In this document: in pieces, positions 53,206 through 64,000 of the stretch
Position numbering within the stretch: the stretch's first letter is position 1
Layout: every line of letters starts with the position of its first letter
DNA from: Octopus vulgaris
Taxonomy: Eukaryota
Assembly: GCA_951406725.2 (NCBI GenBank)
Contig: OX597820.1
Span: 48,918,001-48,982,000 of the forward strand
DNA: 64,000 nucleotides
Reading direction: 5' to 3'
The notes under the pieces: generated by a model
The model's input: only the letters and a program-made list of their open reading frames with translations
Database searches by the model: none
Told to the model about the DNA's origin: nothing
Program-made: the position numbers and the translations under genes

Positions 53206-56200
53206 AACCAGTGCTCATATATTGCTCACCGTTGGGTTTCTTTTGATTGGTATTATCTTATGTAACACGGGTGCAGCTATCTTTCGAGTCTTGCCCGAAG
53301 ACCGACCTACCGCCTGTTATTGACAGACAAACGAGAGTAGAGTCTTGAATTTCCACTGCTCGGTGGCTATGTCGAAGGAAGTTGTGCGTTGGACGCAGTA
53401 AAAAGATTGCGAACAAAGCTACTCCTATGAGAGCAATCACTTATCAGTCACTTATCAACTTCCTTGAAAGGAAAGTAATGGTCGAGAAAGAAGTGCATCC
53501 AGTCAGTAAATTGTATCAAAATATAATATTAACCTGGCCAAATAGCCACAAACTAATTATGCGATTGTTAATTGATGGCAAGATCAAGGAGAATGCATTA
53601 ACATTTATTGAGCCCAGATAATCCAATGGTGCGCTTTTTGCATCTAAAATCTGCATTAGTTTGCCACCATTATCACCTTTGCATACGCAACATGGTCAAA
53701 TGGCTTAGACGTTTGTGTCTTAATTCACGATCATTCAGGTTCGATTTTAATCTGTGGTATTTTGGACTAATGTCTCTTACCCTGTCGCCTCACAAACTAC
53801 TAGAGGTAAGCTACACGAAGGATACTGTGCGGAAGCCCATCGGTTGCATTGTAGAAGTAGCTCTGCAGTTTCATAGATTCTCTCCCAGAATTTTATTAAA
53901 GTTACACTTGTCAGTAGAATAATCTGCTACTTCACATATCACAGCTTTAAGTAAATTAAACAACAGTATACTCAATTTTATTGTTATCTATTTATTAATA
54001 AACCTCTACAGTTTTGTTGATCTCATACTTTTACTAGATAAATATCACCCACTGTTTCCTTATTTTCCCCGCTTCTCCCATTTTAATGCCTTTGTATTAT
54101 CCCCCAACGTCTTAATCTCATGATGCTCCATGCAGAAGTAAGTCTTGCAAAATATGTAAAGCTATATATAGCCATTGGTCGGGGCAAGGCTTCTATGACA
54201 GTATACAAGTTATTAAATCATTTTTACTGATTTTTTTACTGATTAGTCGGACAGGTACAGTGGCATTAATATTTCGAATTGCACTGAGATTGATTGAAGG
54301 CAGGCAGGCAGGAAGTAACCCTGAAACCGGTAGCCCAGACCAAATGTTTAAAGAGAGATCACTCTGTTAAAGATATATCTCTCCAAAATGCAAAACACAG
54401 TGTACCCAGCACACGTATCTTATTTCACTGACCGCGATAGATCAAGTTTGAACAGAATATCAGAACAAACATCGTAAAACATTGTGTTCTTCTACCCTAA
54501 TCATTCTCCGAACTGGCGGTCTGAATCAAAGAAAGGAAGAAAACATGTTGTTCAAGACAGATGTTCTTGAACATTTTGTGGAGTAGTACACTTCGAAGGT
54601 TTTTCATCAGAAGTCAGACCTGGAGTTGAGAAACAGTTGCAGTAAAAACAACACATCAGTGAGCAAAAAGTAAAGAAAATTAAAAATTACACAATAAAGA
54701 AGATTATGGTGGAGAAAATTAAACCAAGAAACCTTTCTATAATTTACGCTAATAATACAACTACACTTACTCGTCCGAAGTAGCTGATGGTGGTGTTGCT
54801 GATATGATTTTAAGCTTTATATCAAACTCACCACTCTATGGAGCAGAATTATAGTCAAAAGATTTCCAGCGTTGGCCATTACATGTTCTATGTGGATTTT
54901 TAAACCAAATACTGCCTCATCCAACGTACATTTCAGATATCATTGAATTTTCAAAGTTATGAGGTCGATAAGCATGTCAACTGGTTACTGCCTCGGACAA
55001 AATACTTAACAGCATATTTTACGTTTCTGAAGGATCGATAAAAGAAAGTACCAGTCAAGAGCTAACGTTGAAGTAAACAAACTAACCCCCATCCGCTAAA
55101 TTTGTTGGCCTTGTGATAAAACTGGACACATTTTCTTTTTAAGTTTATGGCATATTTTAATGGAAATATTTTGATATATCTTTCTAGTATAACGAACGGG
55201 TAAGTACTACAGTTTATTAATTTCTATATGGTTTTGAGCGTATTCGCAGCGACGTTTTCTGATTATGCCTTTTAAACTACGGTTAGATCTCACCGTCCCG
55301 AGAGACAAAAGTCATTCAAGCAGAGACCACAATTTTTTTTTCCAGTTGCAGCTTCGAAAACATATAAGGCCGCACTTGTTTTCCGAGACGGTAGGGTGTG
55401 ATTTGAGTAGAATTTATCTGTTTTCCTAAAACTTGAGAAATCACGAAGATGCTTCTCCATCATTATTATTATTATTGTAGTACATTGTGATAATGATTGT
55501 GGTGATATTGGTTATGTTTACCGTGGGAATTAAGTGTCATTTGAAATCCAAAGAAAGACCATATCGTAATTAAGTTAAGTGAGGACATTATTCCCATGAC
55601 AATTTCATTGAATACGAAATGTAGCTGAATAAGGAGTAAGAGTAGTAGTTTTAGTAGTAAAGATTGCGATAGGAGTAGTAATCAATGGCATTAAGACAGT
55701 TTCAAGCAACAATAGCTACAATCAATTCTATGATCAACAATATTTCTAATAACAATAACAAAGAAATAACACCAAACCGGCAGCAACCACGACAGCAGAA
55801 GCAGATACAGTAGAGGCTAAAATGGTGGTGAGAGAAACTGGCGTAATGAATGACAAAGAGATAGAGAGATATTTAGAGAGAGAGAGGGGGGGAGAGAGAG
55901 ATTGTGTGTGTCTACTGCAAATTCATTTGAAATAAGAACATCAACATCAATGTTTGTAATAGCTGCAGAGGTAGCAGCAACAATGCATGAGTTAAAACAA
56001 ACTAATGAAGCAACCTCTTTGCGAGTGCTTGACTTGATAGAATTAGCACTCAGTTCTCACCCACAAATGAAAATGAATGCCTTAAAAAAAAAAAGTGAAA
56101 GGATACGTCAGATTGTGTGGGTTTTACATAACAATAAATTGGATGGAATTCGTCACGGCTGAAAGTAGACGATTCGCAAACACCAGCAACAATGATATCA

Positions 56201-56810
56201 AAATCATCATTAAAGAGAGCGGGGATTTCATAAACAGATGCAGCAATTATATGAGAATGTTAAAATATATTGCTAACATATAACACGATACTAGCAAAAA
56301 CAAAATTGATAATTTCAACAGCAACAACACCAACAATAGGAACTAACATTGCTCTGTAAAATATTTTAAAATAAAGGAAAAGATTGGTGTGTAATAATAA
56401 GTTCCGAAAGAATGCTGATACAAATTACAATAGCAGCAATCGGAATAGTAACAACAGCGGCAATAACAACGATAATGAATGCATTAAATAGGAAACTAGA
56501 GGAATAAGGTGACAACTGTTGATTCATGACATGAACCAAAGGAACAGAGCTTCTATCGCACAAATATGTATACATATAAGCGTCGGCCTTCAAACATGAA
56601 TATACCATAGTCATATAATTATACAGTTATTGCCCTGTCTGACTGCTTCGCTCTATCATTCTGCTTCCGTCTCTGTCTCTGCCTGTCTATCTGTCTGTCT
56701 CAGTCTTTCCTCATTTTTATCATCGTTCGTATCCCTGGTATAGCGCGCGTGTGTGTTCATATACATGCACACACACCCAAGCACGCACACGAAATATTTG
56801 TCTTTTTCTT

Positions 56811-56852
<42 letters not shown>

Positions 56853-56862
56853 CTATATATAC

Positions 56863-57174
56863 GGCTTTCTATGTGTGGGGCGCGGTTGGGAAATACACCT
56901 ATTGCTCACTCTGCCTGCAACCGCAAGGGCGAAGTGATGGCCAAGATCAAGGAGGTTTTCGAAAGATCTGCTCAGAGACAGAGAGAGGAACGGATGCACT
57001 AAGTTTCGTTGTGAAGCCGTGGTAGAAAATGATGTCGGCTAGTAGAGTGAACTATTATCTTCCAGTTCTTATGTAGATAATATTTTTGATTTCTTAAAAT
57101 ATTTTTACTTTTCAATGGGATAATGTTTTCTTTTCGTTTTATGCAAAACTGTCGATTTTAACACGATTGCCCTG
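56863..57174 (+). mobile_element. Tc1/mariner-superfamily transposase C-terminal remnant with right end
   Basis: FYVWGAV..SACNRKGEVMAKIKEVFE..CTKFR..EAVVEN (frameshifted); ends ...ccctg next to a TA tract. Confidence 0.65.
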
Positions 57175-57845
57175 CCTAGATATATACAACACCATATATA
57201 TATATATATATGTATATATATATTTGTGTATATATATATCTGTGTGTGTTGCGTGAGGAACCTTATATATATATGGTGAACCGATCTGTCGTAAAAGACA
57301 GATCTGGCTCTGCAACTCCTTACTGACCTGGGCGCGCATATGATTGATTGATTTATATTGATAAAATATTTATGCTGTACATTAGCTTGGCATTACTTAT
57401 ACTGGTTCACAGTTTCCCCTGCTTCATACGGCGTCTTTTGCAATGGGCCCTTTCGGCCATACAAAAAGGGTTTTGATAGCAAGAGATTTCCTACGAACCT
57501 GTCCTATATTTTTAAAGATTCTTACTCCATGATTAACCAGTACTTTTGATGCGGATCAATACGAAATAGCTATAACTTGCAAGGCTCTCTCATTCTAGTG
57601 ATATTGATGCCATTGTCATATGGATAGCATCAACATTTGCAGGAATAATATAAGCAGAGAGAGAATTCTATAGAGCGACCTAGTTTGAAAGACAAACCCG
57701 AGTAGGGTGATGCTTTGGTCCAGAAGGGATTAATACAACAATTGTGATAAAAGAAGGACAGAGATTTAAGATGGAAGACGTGAGTTATGTTTTCATGGGT
57801 CCAACCAGCACCAAAGGTTAGTGGCGGTAATAGTACAGTAAAGGC

Positions 57846-57898
<53 letters not shown>

Positions 57899-58976
57899 GA
57901 GAGCGAGTGAAGTGTCAGAATTCCTATTAGTCAGATACATGAGGGAATTTAGGCCAATTAGTTGGATTGCCCTTTCCGGGTGCGTTCTCGTATGTATGAG
58001 TTACACTTACCAAAAGCCTTCACAAACACTCATGAAAGGATTTCAATTTGTTTTTATGGAAGCCTTTACTATGAATGTTTTATTATAAACTTGACTAATG
58101 AAACCTATGACTTGACTATTCTGGTCGTGGTGTGATTTTAATAAGAATCGAGCTGACCGACTAATATGTCTTTGTTTGATCATCTTATTTCGAGTTTATT
58201 TTTATAACAGACTTCAGGGTGAGAAAAACTTTGTTTACACAATACATACAGATATTCATACCCATATATATGGTGTGCCTGTGTGTGTGTACGGATATTA
58301 TGTGTGTATATTGTGTATATTAGTGTGTATGTATGTGACCGTATTTGATTGAGTGTGTGCGTGAGTTCCATTGAAGTATTGAGACATTCAAAAATAAGTC
58401 TTTTTTCTGAAGCTGCTCAAATGCAAATGAACCTCTAAACAATATATCCTATTTTTACCCAATATATTATGATCTAATATTTATAACTTCATTTGCATTT
58501 TAGTTGTTCTTATATGCGTGTGTGTGCGTGTGTCTATGAGTATGTATGTTAATTTGCCGATTTCGTTTTACATGTATATCTGTATATATCTCTATATATG
58601 TATTACTATCTAGCAACAACCAGAAATGTGTCCGTATATTTGTGCATTATATTATATTGTTAATGATAACAAAGTTGAAGACACCATGCCTATAGCGCTT
58701 AAAGTGCCTCCCATACTGATGATATTTATGCTGCAATATTTTCTAATGAGCCTTTGTGAGTCAAAACTCTCAGAAAAAAAAAGAGAAGCCGAAAGTGTAT
58801 TTAAGAGGTATTGTGTAATCGAGAGACTGGTTGTAGTGGATAGGCCGAAACGCGGAGCGCGGTTTGAATACAACAATTGTGGGGAGGCGACGGAGAGAAA
58901 AATGTGAAGGAAATACATGAGTGGTGCTGATATGAGTCCAATGCGTACCGAAGTTCTGTGTGTCATAGTAGGTGAA

Positions 58977-59017
<41 letters not shown>

Positions 59018-59170
59018 ATGAGTAAGGAGACAGCAGTCTGAAGATTAGGAGCTGGAGTATATCTGTGAGTGAATTTATGGCAACCAATCAGGTGTCTCTT
59101 TCTGGATAGCGTCTCCGATGTATGTGTATATGTATATATATATTAATCGTATCTTTGTGAGTGTGTATGG

Positions 59171-59201
<31 letters not shown>

Positions 59202-59202
59202 A

Positions 59203-59234
<32 letters not shown>

Positions 59235-59840
59235 CGTGTGTACACACCCCTATCCTTTGCATCAAACCAGACGTGATAATAATACTCAATTCTAAGCCTC
59301 GAGATTTCCCCAAGACACCTGATGTAGGCTGGAGGGTATATCAGCCGGAACGTTGCGCTAACAACAAACAAGATGAAGACAAATATCCGACAAATGTAAA
59401 TAATGTAATGAAGGAAGTACCATCTTATTATAGAAGGGATGATTAGATTATATCTGAATAGTTCCTACCTTTTGAATACCCATGATTATATGACCTCTAA
59501 ATCATGGCTAAGCAGGTCGGCGCTTGTTAAAACGTAATCGGTGGAAACTAAAAGCATTTTCGTACAAACACGCACAAAACTAATAGTAAAAAAAGAAATG
59601 TTCAAAAACACATCTTATCTGTTGTTACTTGCTTTCCGAAATTAGCTCCTAGCTGTTGGTTTACATACTCACAGATTTATTTTCACATACATTATATACG
59701 CAATAATATGCACCTCTTTACATATACAAGATCAACTCATCGAAATATCATAGATATGAATGTCTATGTGGAATGAATATAAATATAATTGTTTCTGTGC
59801 GTTGTTATTTACTATAAAAAGTATACCTAGACTTTTTATA

Positions 59841-59890
59841 GTACACGCACATACGCATATCTAGTTGTACACGCACATACGCATATCTAG
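59841..59890. repeat. 24-bp direct repeat with a 2-bp spacer
   Basis: gtacacgcacatacgcatatctag x2. Confidence 0.88.
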
Positions 59891-59933
59891 ATACACATAA
59901 ACAAAAAAATATACATAAATATATGTATGTATA

Positions 59934-60316
59934 GCATTGAAAGTTACACAAATACAGAACGGGGCACCACTGCATAGTACCAAAGATCCCAGTATCACCA
60001 TCAAAATAAAGTACCAGATACTACAACAGATTAGGTTTCAAAGACACACAGCTCTTCAATATTCTTCCAAAATGTCTAAGAGACCTGCATGGAGTAGATA
60101 TAAGCGTCTTCAAAACAAAACTGGATCTCCTCTTGTCAAGGGTTCCAGATGAGCCTACCTCACGACAAGATAAGATATGAGGGCAGTAGCATCAAGTGCC
60201 TAATTCACCAAATGTCACATATGAGACGAGGTTTCAAATAAAGGTCTAAGCACACCCAACGGTGGTGCCCCAGGATGACCGCAGCTTAGAAGCTAAAACA
60301 GTTTAAAGATTTAAAA
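59934..60316 (+). pseudogene. CR1-group LINE 3' end (ORF2 C-terminus and 3' UTR)
   Basis: HCIVPKIP..LGFKDTQLFNILPKCLRDLHGVDISVFKTKLDLLLSRVPDEP; tail ggtggtgccccaggatgaccgcag..aaaacagtttaaagatttaaaa. Confidence 0.75.
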
Positions 60317-60338
60317 ATTTATATGTACATACGTGTTT

Positions 60339-60375
<37 letters not shown>

Positions 60376-61320
60376 GTGAGTCTGTGTGCGTGTGTGTATT
60401 GAGATATATTTATTGCACATATATTTATTGCATATATATTTATCCATACACATAGGTGTGTATGGATAAATACATGTTTCGTCGTCACTATGTACACACA
60501 TGATAAATATGTGAATGTGTGTGTGTGTATGTACATATATATATATACATATAATACACACACACACACATATATATACATAAATACATACATACATACA
60601 TATATTTATATACATACGTATAAATTACATTCACAATTATACAAACAATGAGATTAAGAGTTACAGGAAGTCTATATGATATTGGAGAGGTTCTGTAGAG
60701 AGCAGAAAAGCTATACAATTGACACCGGAGGTGTGTGGTTAACAGCGCGTGCATAAAAGGTTTCAGTTGATGAACAGGTGTAAACACTAACTCCGCCATC
60801 GTCAAAGAAAGACATTACTATGTTGATACAATGTTATTACTATATAAAAGCTCAAGTTAATATGTTTGTACATAGCAATTATTAGATTTTCGTATGAGTC
60901 ACATTACAATTTATTTACCAAATTCATATCTTCAATTTCTTTACCTACTTAGTTAAGTATATATCTCGAACTACAAATGTCTGTCTGCCAGTCACAGGTG
61001 TGTGCGTGTGTGTGTGTTTGTGTGAGTAGTGTATTTGCGCTATTGTGTATGGGTGTAGTTCTCTCTGTATGTCTCTCTGTGTATCACAGTATATTTGACT
61101 ATTTGCTCGTAGACAGTATGTAGCATTGAGGAATTGCATGTGTGCGTGTGTTTGATTGATATCAATTCTGGGGCACATGATAAATATGTATCTATGTATA
61201 CATACATATATATTTATTTTTTCTCTATATGTGTGTGTATGAGTGTGTGATTAGTTACTTATACATACAAATTTCACGCATGTATGCATATTCACTGATA
61301 TATATATATATATACATATA

Positions 61321-61358
<38 letters not shown>

Positions 61359-62635
61359 TGCATATATATGTACATATATATATGTATGTTTGTATATATA
61401 TATATATATGTGTGTATGTATATATAAACGTCTATATATGTATAAATATGTAAACGTACGTATATATTTACGAGTGTGAGTGTGTTCATCCACTGTCCAA
61501 AGACTTGAGATTGAATTGAAAGATAAATAATTTTTGGTATACATAAGCTCTTATGACATGCAAACACATAGATCAACAGAAACCCACAATTAATTTGTTA
61601 CGAATATATTAACTCAATAAATCTTTATATGTATATATGTGTGTATGTGTGTGTGTGTCTTATGTCTGTGTGCGTATGTTTGTGTGTATGCGTGTGTATT
61701 ATATATATATATATATATTGACATACTGTTCGACGAATTTTACGGTCTTAAATCTGGTCCGATTCTAAATGAGGCTGATGAGATTCTCTTAGAACCGAGA
61801 GAGATTCAACTCTGTTAAATGTTCAAATAAATAAGATTTTTGTTAACGAAAATCGTAAACAAACTCCCGCACGAAGCATGAGAACCGTGTTTTTGTACAT
61901 GTAAGTACGGTGCTTATGAAAAAATAAACATACATATAGAACCATAAAAATATATATGCATATATCAAAATAATCCAAAATATATCAAGTTATGATGCAG
62001 TACGACCGTTTCAAGTAGATCCATTTAATTGAACAATGCAATCATTACATCAGTGCCATATTTAGCTAAATGTATATATATATATATAGATATAGAGAGA
62101 GAGAGAGGGGGGGAGAGAGAAGGGGGAGAGAGAGAATTTTAACCAGTAGGACATATTAATTTAATTTTTCTCGAATATTTTAACAGACCCAGAAGACGGA
62201 AGTAATTCATGTCGCTATTGTAGCTAAGAATAGATTACACTTACAAGAAACGCATGAAACCTATTGGGGTTAAAGTGTTGTGAGGGGATGTAATTCTTTT
62301 CTAATTCATTTATCCAGAATACTATGTGTATTTTGAATAAAGGACAAGAGTGAGTTCACAGCTCATGGCAAGGTATGGTCATAAATATTATCATATGTAA
62401 CCCTTTTCCTCAGGGAAATATAAGAACATTAGGTATATGAAAATATAAAGAAAACGATGATATAATTAAAAGAGTAAATGTAGTCGTGAAAGAGAGTGAC
62501 AGAGACCAAAATAATGAGAGTAAACAATGGGTTTATGAGGTTCATAAAACCATTCTACATAAACACAGTAGCCTTATAAATAATATATATATAAATAATA
62601 TATAAGCAAATAATATAATATGTGTGTGTGTGTGT

Positions 62636-63003
62636 AATTTGTGGGGAGGGGATGAATCGATTACACCGATACCGTGTATCACTGGTACATAATTTATTGA
62701 TTCCGAAAGGATGAAAAGTAAAGTCGACCTTGGTGGAATTTGAACTAAGTACGTAGCGGCAGACGATATACCTATTTCTTTACTACCCACAAGGGGCAAA
62801 CACAGAGAGGATAAACAAGGACAGGCAAACAGATTAAGTCGATTATATCGACCCCAGTGCGTAACTGGTACTTAATTTATCGACTCCGAAAGGATGAAAG
62901 GCAAAGTCGACCTCGCCGGAATTTGAACTCAGAATGTAGCAGCAGACAAAATACCGCTAAGCATTTCGCCCGACGTGCTAACGTTTCTGCCAGCTCGCCG
63001 CCT
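62636..63003 (-). mobile_element. Dimeric SINE family B
   Basis: Two tandem gagttcaaattcc..gaggtcgactttgcctttcatcctttcgg..ataaattaagtaccag units with different tails. Confidence 0.88.
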
Positions 63004-64000
63004 TACCCACGCATACATATTGAAATTCAAGCCCACGAAAGGAAATGAGAACATCATTCACATATGAATGTAAATCATCTGTGGACTCATTCGATAATTG
63101 TCCTGGATGTGCCTATTATCAAATGAAATATTTAGATGGTATCATAAATATATCTCGGCTTCTAATTAAAACTTCATTGATGACAACATCAATTCAATTC
63201 TGAAAGTCAACTGATATACTAAACCACCAGAGAAAACTTGAGAGATTGAGACTTGAGAGATTGTGTTGTGGAATACATAATCAAACTCTTCGGATAATAA
63301 TGAGATATGTATCCATTAGATATCGATGACATAATTATTGTGATTAAAGCAAAGCAACAAAATGAAATCTCCGAATTAGTATAACGCGATAGGGAAACCA
63401 TTTAGTAGAAATAAATCTCAACCGAGCAGATCGTCGATGTAGTTAACCTAATACCGAACAATGGCTAAACGTGGGGGCAAAAGAAACAACTACCTCCATC
63501 GAATTTTTAGGAAACCACTGGACATTAAGCGTCTTATTCTTCTGTAGTTTGTTGTATACACAACTGTAAAAATAAACATATTAATAGTTACAAAAAGTTC
63601 TCACTAGCAATAACACAAAAGCTGAAAATCCTGGAACAAGTAATGAATTGAAAGAGAATTAAATCTAGAGAAGACTTCTAGTGATGTAACCGCAGCACAG
63701 TCAAAGGTGTGATGTTTATCCACGCTACATCCAGAATTGAACAAATTTACAAGCAATACACAATGAAAATACATTAAAATGTCAATGGAATCAATTACAA
63801 CTCTACAAATCCTTCCATACCCATGAAGAGAAAAACCTATGTCAATAGGAGTGTAACATCAGCCGGCAGGTAAATGGAAAAATCTTACATGTAGTACACC
63901 ACACGAATTTTATGGGTAGGAAAGTAAGAGTACCATAAAAATCTATATAGAAGAAACTACCCGCAGTATAGTGGAAAGCATTAGAAGAGACAGTCCTGAA

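Noticed and set aside
51061-53265. Long low-complexity ORFs (poly-T/A, poly-D, poly-H, poly-L) resembling mucin or acidic proteins
   Set aside because: Overlapping frames on both strands arise from trinucleotide tracts, interrupted by a SINE; there is no splice or codon evidence.

Overview
AT-rich eukaryotic DNA saturated with microsatellites. The repeat families resemble those I associate with octopus (cephalopod) genomes; that assignment is inference. I cannot support any host protein-coding gene, and almost all listed ORFs are translations of (TA)n, (CA)n, (TATC)n or trinucleotide tracts. The window is a mobile-element graveyard. It holds three Tc1/mariner relics, one full length with TIRs, and a 5'-truncated R4/Dong-like restriction-endonuclease LINE inside (TAA)n. 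It also has RTE- and CR1-like LINE 3' ends, at least four tRNA-headed SINE families, short Helitron-like elements, and several Penelope-like element (PLE) pieces. One PLE locus has the GIY-YIG domain inverted against the RT. The most interesting signal is a set of minimal type-I hammerhead-ribozyme-like motifs from several unrelated short repeats: one with an intact core (40851-40928), one with an apparent compensatory G3:C8 core (40679-40725), one U4C variant next to the PLE (36178-36222), and a family-wide A6U variant in a ~190-bp microsatellite-inserting element (three copies, two forming a foldback). All RNA structures were paired by eye, and activity is untested.
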